From contig NC_068986.1 in NCBI RefSeq assembly GCF_001194135.2, positions 9,107,125 through 9,148,804 on the forward strand: a stretch of DNA of 41,680 nucleotides. Direction: 5' to 3'. Under the pieces are notes generated by a model that was given only the letters and a program-made list of their open reading frames with translations, did no database searches and was not told the origin of the DNA. The position numbers were made by a program, and so were the translations under genes. This DNA is from Octopus bimaculoides. Its lineage: Eukaryota. Below are positions 1 to 11,208 of this stretch, piece after piece; within the stretch, counting starts at the first letter, position 1, and each line of letters opens with the position of its first letter.

Positions 1-480
1 GGCCAGTCAGGCGGTACTGGCAATGGCCATGCTCAAGTGGTGTTTTTTACGTGCCACATGCACAGGAGCCAGTCCAGTGGCACTGGCAACGACCTCGCTC
101 GAATGTTTTTTCACGTGCCAGTAAGGTAACGCTGGTAATGAACATGCTCAAATGGTGCTTTTTACGTGCCACCAGCACAGAAGCCAGTCAGCTGCTCTGG
201 TAGTGATCACGCTCGGATGGTGCTCTTAGCGCTCCACTGGCACAGGTGCCAGTCATCGAATTTGCAAATTTGATTTGATTTCAATTTAACTTGCCTCAAC
301 AGGTCTTCGCAAGCAGAGTTTAGTGTCCAATGAAGGAAAGGTACGCATAAGTGGGCTGGTTATAGCCCTGGCATAGGCCACGTGTTATGGTCTCACTCGG
401 TTAGCCAGGTCTTCTCACACACAGCGTATTTCCAAAGGTTTTGGTCACTAGTCATTGCCTTGGTGAGGCCTAATGTTCGA
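1..480 (-). mobile_element. Retroposon fragment (RTE-like 3' region) with about four internal 50-65 bp subrepeats
   Basis: Recurring TGGCAA..GCTC..ATGGTG..TTTTACGTGCCAC units at 1-260. Shares blocks with 18168-18440, which in turn shares the 3' end with 3167-3375. Confidence 0.55.
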
Positions 481-639
481 ATGATAGTAATGTTGTAAAG
501 ATAGTAAATAACCCTCATTTGTTGGGCCTAACAAAACCATTGAATGAAGGGGAACAAACAGATATCTCAGAATACATTTTTTTAATAGATGTTGTGCAGC
601 TTCCAACTTTCCTCTGAATGTTGGAAAAGAGTTACCTGC

Positions 640-1259
640 ATTACGATGATTCTTGCCAAGTATCAAAATGTCAATACCATGACTGCTGCTCAATGCTCTG
701 TGGACACTAAACACTATAAGACATGACATGGACAGCTGCAGCAGAAACTAAGAAGCCATGGCCAGCAGGAAGGGACACAGCAATCATTTTGACTGTCCAT
801 ATGCCAGGATTCATTGCCACATCTTTGAACAGGGCTTTAGGCTCAATTCAGACAGCTTTGTGGAGCTACTGCAGCTTGAAGGTCATATGTCTGGCAGCAG
901 GAATCGGCTCTTTGCCGTACCTGTGGAAAGAGTCAGAAGTGGTTGTCAGAGAATTTCTACAACTTCACCAGACCCAATTTCTGACCTCCTAATTCCCTAG
1001 ATTGCAATCCCATGGATTACTGTGTGGGTCACATTTGAGAAAGACACCAACCACTAGCCAGTAGTCAATATCAAGGAGGTGTTCAAAGATCTTCCCAAGC
1101 ACACAGTGAGAAACACATGCGCCAGGTTCCAGATCCATCTTGAGGCCACGATGGAAGGTGAACAGGGGGTTACTTTCAGTGAACTTTTATCTCCCAGCCA
1201 TATATTCTAGTTGATATTTTTGGAGTTTAAAAATACTTTTATTTTGTCCAAACACCCTA
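640..1259 (+). mobile_element. Decayed, internally deleted Tc1/mariner transposon, DD37D (maT) type
   Basis: Frames give HIFEQGFRLNSDSFVELL, then YVWQQESALCRT..KSQKWLSENF..F*PPNSLDCNPMDY, with 37 residues between the D2 position (901, now E) and D3 (1015). Then EKDTN..CARFQIHLEA. TIR-like ATTTTGTCCAAACACCCTA followed by TA at 1241-1261. Confidence 0.8.
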
Positions 1260-1999
1260 TATACAAACATACACAATATTTTAGATGCTTTTAAACTCAA
1301 ATTGCTGTATGATCACTAATTTGCTTAGTATCATTCTAGTCATAAGAGATGCATATAATACTCTTTGGTTTGGAAAGCTAATGAGAAACCCCCACCCCCA
1401 TTTAACTGCATTTGGCCTTTCACTTGAGCACACACATATACAAAGAGAGAGAGAGAGATTAATGTAGGGAAGAAACAATATATCATTGCAACTCTCTAAT
1501 GTTCTTGAGTATGAATCAGAGAAGATTATATTCCAGCTGTTTCTAACAGAAGAATTTTGTGGAGCATCAGACAAAGTCAAGTGAACCAAAAACAACGTCT
1601 AATATAGAAAGCAACATTTAAAAACATCATTAAATAGAATATCTTTTGAAGATAAAGATTAGATCTAGTTTGTAGGCACTTTTCAGGAAACTTTGCCAAG
1701 TTATTCCCTGCTTCAAGCTTCTTAAAAGCAGCACACGATAAAGATATATCAACTGATTCCACAACCTCAATTTCAGTGGGAATAACGGTTCATTCTTAAA
1801 ATAGCTGGAAATTAAGAAATTCTACACCAAAATATTGTGAAGTCTTTGTCCAAATTTAAACCACCTTGGATAAGTTTCCACCAAACCATGTCCAAATTAA
1901 AAGCGCCACTGAATTGAAAAAGCTTACACACGAAAATAATTGAATAATTGACTTTATTATAAGAGAAGTATAAAATCTTTAAAATATAAAATCATGTTC

Positions 2000-2150
2000 A
2001 GGCATGATTGTGGTTGAGAAGTCCACTTGCCAACCACATGGTTTTAGGTTCAACCCCACTCTGTGTGCTATCTTGGACAAGTGTTTACTACAGCCCTGAG
2101 CCAAGCAAAGCGTCGAGTGGATTTGGTAGAGGGAAACAAAGGCTACAGTG
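2000..2150 (+). mobile_element. tRNA-derived SINE family A, 5' fragment
   Basis: Diverged match to the head of the complete copy at 19256 (CCAACCACATGGTT..GGTTCAA..CTTGGACAAGTG..GAGTGGATTTGGTAGA). Confidence 0.75.
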
Positions 2151-2799
2151 TATGTAGCAAGATATACACAGACATGACAGAAGTAAATAGACACCCAATA
2201 AAACATTGTCTTATGCTTATTTTAACTTGTAATGGTTTATATTTTTTTTTATTAATGGACATTTTTATGTTCCAGGTTCCATATGTGATTGTTTAAATTA
2301 TGCCAAGATTTCTACAGTTAATAGAGTGATTGTGCAATTCACTAGAGAGGGGAAGAGTCCACATCACCTTGCTCAAGTCAACCAGGGCATTCTGACATGA
2401 CCCTTCTCTTTGCTAAGTATGAAGGATAATCCTTGTTGCAACACCTCTGACATAGCAGAACAAGTTGATGTCAGTCCCAGAATTCAATTACGCATACATT
2501 TTTATATACATTTACGTACGCATGTATTTTTATATACATTTATATTTTTTATATATATTTAATTTTAATTTAATTATAATTCAAAATATTACTGTCATAT
2601 TCAACATATATCTTTTGGAAATTTGAATATTGATTTCCTGTGAATATTATTAATAATTTTATTAATAATATAAAAACATATATATATCTATTTGCTCAAA
2701 GTAATAGAGCACTTAATATAAGTTCAATAACATATTCCTTTTGAATATTCTTTATAAATTTTATATATATATATATATATAAACATATAGATATATGTG

Positions 2800-3010
2800 T
2801 GCATGGAACCATGCGTTTGTTTACATCGGCAATTGCTTATATGAAAGTGCAACGGCAGGAGGCGGTCAGTCAGTTTTCAGCTGTGTGGAGTAAATGACCT
2901 CACACTTGAAGAATTAGCAATGGGTAGCAACAGAAAGAGCATCCAGCTGTAACACAATGCTTCCATAATATATTCATCTAACCCATGGAAGCATGGAAAA
3001 CTAGCCATTA
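2800..3010 (+). mobile_element. SINE/RTE-type 3' tail fragment
   Basis: GCAACAGAAAGAGCATCCAGCTGTA..CTAACCCATGGAAGCATGGAAAA matches the tails at 13770-13858 and 18980-19145. Confidence 0.55.
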
Positions 3011-3166
3011 CAAAAAAGAAAAAAAAGAAAAGACAGACAAACAAAAACTATACAGCATTTACTGTTTGACCTGGCTATTATCCAAACCATTGGTCCACAT
3101 ATGAGCATTAAGTTGTTTCTACTGCTACAATAGACAAAATATTAAAAATTTTTTTATACAATTCCT

Positions 3167-3375
3167 AATCATCATCATTTAACATCCACTTTCCACGTTG
3201 GCATGGGTTGGACAGTTTGACAGGAGGTGGCCAGTTGGAGAGCTGTCCAGGCTCCACGTCTGTTTTGGCAGGGTTTCTGCAGCTGGATGCCCTTCCTAAC
3301 GCCAACCACTTTACAGAGTGTGGACTGGGTGCATTCTACGTGCCACTGGCACAAGTGCATTTATGTGGCACCAGC
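3167..3375 (-). mobile_element. RTE-like retroposon 3' end (family D)
   Basis: (GAT)n tail on the minus strand and GATGCCCTTCCTAACGCCAACC block. Related copies at 15264-15435 and 18168-18440. Confidence 0.7.
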
Positions 3376-3820
3376 ACCCACAAGAAAAATATGCCTTGTT
3401 TCATGAATTTGCATGTCATCCTTGTGCAGGGGCCACACTAACCTTTTCTGTATTGTTCCATTTAACTATAAAAATATAAGGGGACCCTTTTTAAACACTG
3501 AATGCTTATTCGGGTCCAGTAGAGTAAAATAAGAATCAAAGGGGTCAACAGGCAAAAAAAGGGTTGAGAACCTCTGATCTGAACCTTAGTAATTCCCAGA
3601 TTATTTAACAACCAGAGAATCATTAGCCATCAAAAGTATTGAACTAATTAAGATTCAGTTAAATTTCTAAACTAATCACTTCCCTTGAGACTGAGATCCA
3701 GCTCAGATTAATGCAGACTTTCATTTCTCAGTTAAGTTGATTCAATTGACAAAATGGCTTTCCAAGAACTGAGCCAAAAATATATCTTATTGGAATCTCT
3801 ATTAAATTTAAAACCATTAT

Positions 3821-4238
3821 AATAAGGATTTCAATTTTTGGCACAAGGCCGGCAATTTCGGGAGAGGGGACTAATTGATCACATCAGCTGCAGTACTCAA
3901 CTGGTACTTATTTTCTCAACCCTGAAGGGATGAAAGGCAAAGTCGACTTCAGCGGAATTTCAACTCAGAAATGGACAAAATGCCACCAAACATTTCGCTT
4001 GGTGTGCTAATGCTTCCACCAGCTCACCACCTTAATAATAATAATCCTTTCTACTAAAGGCAGGAGACCTGAAATTTGGGGGGAGGGGACTAGTTGATTA
4101 CATTGATCCCAGTGTTACACCGGCACCTATTTTATCGTCCCTCCTCGCAAAGGATGAAAGGCAAAGTCATCCCTGGCAGAATTTGAACTTACAACGTAGC
4201 AACAGGCAAAACGCTAAACATTTCATCCAGCAGGCTAA
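3821..4238 (-). mobile_element. Two head-to-tail tRNA-derived SINEs, family B
   Basis: Two reverse-complement copies (about 3821-4032 and 4040-4238) of the family at 16281 and 41170, with AAAGTCGAC..GGAATTT[C/G]AACT (B-box region) and an adjacent (TAA)n run at 4239-4277. Confidence 0.8.
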
Positions 4239-4243
4239 TAATG

Positions 4244-4277
<34 letters not shown>

Positions 4278-4627
4278 GAGTCACACTTTGCATTGTTTGG
4301 AGAGAAAGTAAAAAAAAGAGATGCAGAGAGAGTTGACATAAGAGGTGCAGATAAGGTTTAGTGGCAGGCAAGGAGTAAAGAAGTGCTATACACACACACA
4401 CACACGAGAGAGAAGGAGGAGAAGAAGGATTAAATAACAGTAGTTATGGGATGAGTTATACAAATGAGAAGCCATTTTATATCATTTTATTTAAAAGGAA
4501 CAAATAGTTTTTCTTCTGAAAATTAGTATTTCATTATTTTGCATAAGTACCAAGAAATTTAATAAAAGTCAAAATTATAATTATAGTACATAGATCATAT
4601 TTCCTGATATTACCTGTGGTACTAACC

Positions 4628-4770
4628 GTGTGAAGGTCTATGGCCTAGTGGTTGGGTGTTCCACTCATGATGGTCAGATCATGGGTTCAATTCCCAGACC
4701 AGGCAACATGGTGTGCTGCTGAGAAACTACACTTCATGTTGCCCCAGTGCTGTGTAGGGACCAGCATGTC
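4628..4770 (+). mobile_element. tRNA-like SINE head
   Basis: A-box-like TGGCCTAGTGG and B-box-like GGTTCAATTCC; resembles the head at 32384. Confidence 0.55.
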
Positions 4771-6214
4771 AAAGAAGAGACCCAACATTTCTTCTACTTG
4801 TCGTAAAAGAGGTTGACATAGGATTTGCATGCCGACCTCATAAGAGCCCTCACCAGTAACAACAAACCAAAGAGATCCATGGATTGGAGGGTTCGTTGCT
4901 TGAGTATTGCAGAGACACCATCCACCAGGAGTAATCAGGAATCACCAATAAATGGTGGATGCAGTGATGTGCTGTTACAGTGCATTCCCCACCTACTACT
5001 ACTACTACTACTACTACCCATGATGGCAGAAATATACTCCCAAAGTTATTCCCCATACTCGGTAAGCTGTTTCTTTAATCAGCCAAGCCATAAGTTAATT
5101 TCCAAACTTTCTGAGGTCATAGAAACCAGATATATACGGAAACCATACTTCTAAAACAACATCCGAATACAAGTAGTTGGTTTTTTTTTTGGTTTTTTTC
5201 ACTTGGAACGCAATACTGTTGTTCATTTATGAATTCCATCAAGAAATATTCTCAATCACTTGTAAGCTTCAATTTATTAAAATTAAGTTATTTCTCTGTT
5301 TACTTTTATTACATTTTGCAAGTTTTTGAAAATCTGAAACCCAGCAAAAGTCAATATTTGTAACCACACACAAGGGATGAAGGAACACCATTTCAAAATA
5401 CAGTTCCAACTCCAGATTTTGTGTCTGTATTTTAGTGTTGTTTTCATTTGTTTAGAAAGCTTCATCATTGCCAGACTTTCACATTTTATTTATTACCAAG
5501 GCTCTATACCAATGACATTATCAGTTAAAGTTGATAAATGTCAATTCTTCAGACGCCTTCTACAATCTGTAGTCTTAATTCATCATACATAAAAATTAGA
5601 TTAATTATTTTCATACATATATATACATATATATATATGCATACAATATTAGTTATAATATCAAGAGGCAAAAGAACCAGAATTTACAGCACAATGGCTT
5701 TTATCATACTACTAAGTTTTATATGACATTTACATATTTTTGCACTAAACAATCCACTAAACACAACCACTTAAGGCAATATATTTATAGCCAGCAGTTT
5801 TCAGAAAACAAATTAAGTTTTTAATATTAAAAGTTAACTGCAGTTTTTTTTTAAATCAAGCACCAGGATAGAATTGCTTCATAAAACTTAGTCATGCACA
5901 AAATAAAACTCCAGTCAAAGAGTACAATTACTAAAGAAATATTTTTAAACAAAAATCTATAATCATAGACGGAAATGTTGGAATGAAAGAAGGTGGGGGT
6001 GGGGGTGGGGAGGAATCCATGTTTTAAAATAAATAGAAAACAATATTCCTTTGTTTGGAAGAAATCAACAAAGAGGAGATTCAACCAAGAGAAACAAGGC
6101 AAATCGAAGAATACAGGGTGGGGGGCACGCTCATAAAGACAAAAAAAAAAACAGGTTAAGTATTTTTCTCAAAAATGGTAATTATATTAATTCGTTAACA
6201 AATGATGGCTTATT

Positions 6215-6415
6215 AGTGCATTTGGCTCTTGATTCCAGCAGCACATTGGGTCCCTTATTTCACATTGCTCCAGTCCACTCAGCTAGTACCTGTAATTCAA
6301 TGGGATCAGCCTTGTTGCATTCAATGTGTGATGGATAAGTACGCCTGTGGAGTGCTCAGCCACTTGCATGTTAATTTCATGAACAGGCTGTTCCATTGAT
6401 CGAATCAACAGAGTG
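6215..6415 (+). mobile_element. SINE family C, body fragment
   Basis: GCTCCAGTCCACTCAGCT..TACCTGTAATTC..GCTCAGCCACTT blocks shared with 32384-33165. Confidence 0.7.
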
Positions 6416-6593
6416 CCCAGCCAATTAGCTATTAAGACTTTAATGAATATTAGGAGGTGAAACAAATAGCAATGTGACAGACGAAACAGGCCTCACTTTC
6501 CAGATCACTGTTACAACTTCACAACCCTTTTCAATATCAATCTGCCAGAAACCAACCCTGGTTCTATGATATAAACTCCATTTTAAACCTATC

Positions 6594-6798
6594 TTAATTC
6601 TTTAGCATTCACATCGATTTGTCAAATGTAATACTTATTATTCAAAATGCTTTGAACTAATCATGCATTATCTCATAGTTTCAAGATTTCAATGATGTAA
6701 TTGTCTATTGGAAAGGTGTGAGACGCTGAATCTGACCAGTTTGAATATAAATAGAATACTTGGGCTGGATCTGGTCAGTTTAAATGCTGAAGGATTAA
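6594..6798 (+). mobile_element. TTAA-flanked MITE, family P1 (piggyBac-like ends), decayed
   Basis: Ends TTAAttCTTTAGCATT and AATGCTgAAGGaTTAA. Same family as 12796-12976, 19840-20017 and 20410-20580. Confidence 0.7.
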
Positions 6799-7241
6799 TT
6801 AAAACCTTCCATCAAAATTTTATGCTAATTTATGTTCCAAACACCAGCTTAATAATGAAAGTTATTTTACTAAATTCATCATTAACTGAAGCAAGCAATG
6901 TTTATTTCCACAGAAATATGGCAACAAAAAAAGTACATTGTACAACTAAATTGGTCGTTAATGTTGGGCCGAGTGCAATAAGTAGGCCTGTTGCTTTTTT
7001 CTGTGTCTCTATCTACTAGGTACTTCTAAATAAGGTTCTAATACAATAAACTGTTGACAGTGGGTACAGTCATTTTACCAATTAACACACACACACTATT
7101 TACTTGATCTTCACTTTAGCTTTATCATTATTATTATTAGTTTATTGTCAGAGTTCTTTCATCACACAGGAAAACAGATAGTCACTGAAGAATAGAATGT
7201 ATGAAGAAAGCAATGATAAATAAGCAATCACTAATAATAAT

Positions 7242-7579
7242 AACAAGAGCACTCAGAGAGCGCAAACCTCCACATCCTGTCAACAATTAGCTGAAGATAT
7301 TTAAAATGAGAATATCTGAAATAAACTCGACCGCTCTCACAAACAAGAATACTAAAAATGAAACCAACTGCTCTACTTCATGTAAAGTAAATATAACAAA
7401 TAATCCAGAATCTTTGTCCGGCACCAGACTGATCTCAAAATCTAATCAGTTTGTGCCAGTCATGAGGCCAAACATCCCTGAAAGTTTCCTCCAAATCCAT
7501 CCAGCAGTTCTTGAGATATCTTGTCCATGGACAAACAAACACAAATGAAAACAATATCTCCACTTTAAGGCAGAGGTAA
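7242..7579. mobile_element. Non-autonomous element with DINE/HINE-like subterminal inverted repeats
   Basis: Starts AACAAGAGCACTCAGAGAGCGCAAACCTCC and ends GGCAGAGGTAA; ACCTCCAC (7266) and GGCAGAGGT (7569) form an imperfect inverted pair. Family assignment is from recalled similarity only. Confidence 0.45.
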
Positions 7580-9682
7580 TAAAGCTAAAATGAAGATCAA
7601 CTAAAGTGTGTGTTTATTGGCAAAATGACCCTCCCCAAATACAACACATGATTTCAAATTAAGAATCTAGCATAACAAAACATATACATAAAAAAAATTG
7701 TTCACAATATGATACATGTTATCTATTTGTTTCCATGACAATTTTGTTACATTCATTTTGTTTGATGTAAATGTCATTCCTACTGTTAATGATTTAACTA
7801 TGAACTTGGTAGATCCATTTCAGCCCTCACTGAGTAGACTGACGCTTAATGATATCCAAACTGTGACCATCCTGTCTTATTTTGCTGATGAAAGGGACAT
7901 TTATTTGGTCACTATTTCTAGCAGGCCAAATAACCATACAGAGACTTTCTCATTGCACTTTCAAATAAGAAGTGAAAACTGGCACCTGCCACTCGCCCTC
8001 AAGTGCCATATGATGGCCAAAAGTCTGCTAAACTTAAAACACCAAATAATTACAGTCAGACTTCTGTTATTTTTATTTACTTAGTTTTTTAATTAACAGC
8101 TTTAATCAAATCATGTCTAATTGCTTTTATCTGCACTTCAACTGCAAACTATCGCTTTTTCAAAAGAAACTCCAGCTGTTTAGCCACAGGTCGGTCCTGG
8201 TTCAGTCAACTTATGATCAAAGGTTGTTCCAGTCACGACTATCCCTTCTTTTGTCCTGCAAATGCAACATGTCCAATGAATCATTCTTTACAATAATAGG
8301 TTGTGAGCCAACCAAACAATGTAAAGATGCTTCCTTTTGCTCTGTCTAAATGGCATTGTATCTTAAGAAATGAGAGTATTTCAACTGAAGAAGTACCTAG
8401 ACACTTCACAGAAAACACTGGGTCCAGCTTCCTGTCATCTTGCAAAGCCATCTCCTGTCTTAACAGAAACTCTGCTCAGGTTTGTATAATTCAGGAATTG
8501 TTTTAATAATTCACAGTTTTGTTTCATCTCATCATCACCATCCCCACAACTTGATGCCAAATTTAAATACTCGAAAATTAAACAGCATGCTGGATTCTAG
8601 TAAAAAAAAAAGAAGTTTGATATATATACCAAGATCAAATTCATAAGGTCTGAACCAACAGAAAGATTCATTGTAAGAAAGCTGTATAACATCTCTCTAA
8701 AACGAAAAATCCACTGTCTCAGCAATCGATTTTAGTTTGGGGGGGGGGGGGTTGTGATGACAAAAACATTTAAATTCAACCCCCAGTCTGCGGTATGAAC
8801 AATGATTGCGTTTTAAAGAAATTGTGAATAATAACTAATTAGATTTGCAATTTAGATTTACTTTCGTTTAACCATAATAATATATGCATTCTTGCTTTGT
8901 TGAAAACATTTTAGAAGGTTGATATTCCAGACATCAATGTCAACCAAATCGAAATATAAATTAAGAGATTTTATAGACATCAGTTTAAATCTCAAATATT
9001 ACACCAAGCAATGGAAACTGAATAATTATATAACTTATGTTGTTTTAAACTAAGTAAGAAGACGTTTCATCTATAAGAACTATGATTTTTATTCCATCAC
9101 TAATTTTTTAAGAGCAACATCAGAAAAAGTAATAATGTTGGCAGGTTTTAGGCGGCAATATTTCACGACAAACTATTGAAAGACGTGAAAACAATTTCTA
9201 GTTAAACATGAAGTAATTTTTAGAAAAGTGAAAGAAATACAAGAATAAAATTATCAGTTTGAAATGAGGGGGGAGTCTTTTTTTTTTTTTCTCAACAGAC
9301 AGCGGGAAGAGAGGACTTTTTCTGACAAATGAGAAGATATGGAAGTGAACGTACTAACGACTGGAGATGAAAGAAATTATTGATTATTAAAACCTACCCC
9401 GCCATTTCGTTTTTATAACAAAATAAAGGGCGATCAAGATATGATTTAAGTTATTATTTTCTTTAAAATATCAAAAGTAAATTTTGAATATATTAAATAG
9501 TTATGAAGAGTGAAGGTCAGAGTAAAACGGGGATATGCTGAGTAGACGAACACTAAACATTAGATAAAACAGCACATGGCACGAAGAGACGGTGGATGAT
9601 GGGGAAAAAAACTTGTCTGAGATATAACGGGTTTTTTCCCTTTTTTTTCTCTATTTAGAAATATGCAATTTCAGTATTGATC

Positions 9683-9714
<32 letters not shown>

Positions 9715-10428
9715 CGCGCGCACACACGTTTATATTTTTGCGTCTTTATTGATTAGACCAGCCAGAAAAAAAAATTAAGGGAGTGCTTGGGGAATTGAGC
9801 AAGATGTCTAAGAAATTAAATAATAAAGAAATATTGATGCAGAGAATAAACGTGATGAAGAAAACTATAATAACAAAAGAAATTAACAAGATGCTTTAAT
9901 ATACACAATATACTGGGTTTGGCGGTGAAAATTAAGAGAAATTAAAATTAGAAACGGCGTAATCATTATTGAAAAGGCATTAAAAGTGATAAAATATAGG
10001 TTAGCCGGGTGAAATAGATACGAGTCGGCATTGAGAAAAGGATATTTAATATTCAGGTTTATAATACCGGTTTTGTCGGATAATTTCAAATATACAAAAG
10101 TCAAAGCAATACAGATAGTTAAATAAAACAAAAACGATATTGAATAGAGACAAGATCGCAAACACCATTTTTGGCAATTTTAATACTGGTTACATAAAGC
10201 AGAGCAGTCAAACAATAAAATATGTATTGAAGAAAATATATTTATATAAAAACATCGTAAATTTAATAAATTTTAAATCAAAAGTAAGCGAAATAATATT
10301 AAAAAGGTAAGAAACTACTGAGAATGTTAACGGTTTGGGGAGGAGAGTTTAAGCGGAATGAGAGAAGATTAATTAAGGAAAGAGGATAACAAACGATTTA
10401 AGAAATTAAGGTCTTTACAATTACCTAC

Positions 10429-10870
10429 CTAAAGAGAGATCCTTCATTTTGGAGATATGTAGATCCCGCATTGCTTTTTTTTTTATGGAGGCAGGGGTTT
10501 AGTTGGGGAAATTATTCAATAACTAACACGGGTTATTAGTATTATAGATTGATATATAAAGGAAATGAAGGAACAGAGAGGCTAACAATAGGATTAAGGA
10601 AGCCGCTAACGTGATTCTATAATACACACGTTCGCTGCTGCTGCTGATATTGTTAGTGGCGTATAATGGACGAGGTAGGAACCCAAGACAAGCAGATATT
10701 GGAAAATTTGCATAAATCGTCGTCGTTGGTGGTGCCGCCGCCACCAATTTTAACAATTACAAGCACTTCCCTCCTCCTCCTCCGCCACCAGCACTACCAT
10801 CGTCGCCGAACAAGTAACAACGACGGTCAATAAACGGGAACAAGTAGTAGATGTCACCGGTAAATAAATC
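10429..10870 (-). other. Putative first exon of a divergent gene or transcript, product unidentified
   Basis: Minus strand has a 5'UTR-like tract with (GGA)n, (GGC)n and (CAG)n repeats, an ATG at 10471 (MRDLHISKMKDLSL plus one base) and a donor TTTAG|GTAGGT at 10428. The transcript start is a guess. Confidence 0.45.
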
Positions 10871-11069
10871 AACAAGATTAAGTGAAAGAATAAAAATATA
10901 AAGTAAAATATTTCCGCCAGTAGCTTAAAAAAAAGTATAATTGTTCATAAAATATTTACCTCGTTCGACTTCCATATTCATAGCACTTGTAGCCGCCATA
11001 GAAATAAGATGAATGAGATCTCACGAGACTTAACACACCAAACGAGACTCAGAAGATCTCGTTGAAACA
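10580..11069. promoter_or_regulatory. CpG-enriched, probably bidirectional promoter and 5' UTR region
   Basis: Local CpG/GC enrichment against an AT-rich background, directly upstream of the HRG1 ATG. Contains GCCGCCAT (YY1-like, 10992-10999), TCTCACGAGA (one mismatch to the TCTCGCGAGA palindrome, 11019-11028) and TTCCGCC (10912-10918). Confidence 0.6.
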
Positions 11070-11208
11070 ATGGCGTCAGTTTCAGGCATTGTCATGAAGC
11101 TGAGAATATTTTTCTCTCTTCTTGGCATTTTGGTCGGATTATCAGTGGTTTTTGTCTTTGGAATTAAATTCCACAACTGGAATACTGCTCTGTGGGGCCT
11201 TCTATCAG
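11070..11208 (+). CDS. SLC48A1: Heme transporter HRG1 (SLC48A1), coding exon 1
   Basis: ATG in aaacaATGg context. Encodes MASVSGIVMKLRIFFSLLGILVGLSVVFVFGIKFHNWNTALWGLLS plus one base (139 nt), then donor CAG|GTTTGT, phase 1. Hydrophobic TM1 and start of TM2; joins exon 2 in frame. Confidence 0.88.

Noticed and set aside
4825-5154. 109-aa ORF with a poly-Leu stretch
   Set aside because: The hydrophobic run comes from a (CTA)n microsatellite next to a SINE-like repeat; no domain or splice support on this strand.
7716-8084. 122-aa ORF
   Set aside because: No recognisable domain; overlaps repeat-like sequence and lies antisense to the putative divergent transcript.
9883-10161. 92-aa hydrophobic minus-strand ORF near the promoter
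   Set aside because: Composition reflects AT-rich intronic sequence; GTG start, no domain, and it lies downstream of the predicted donor at 10428.
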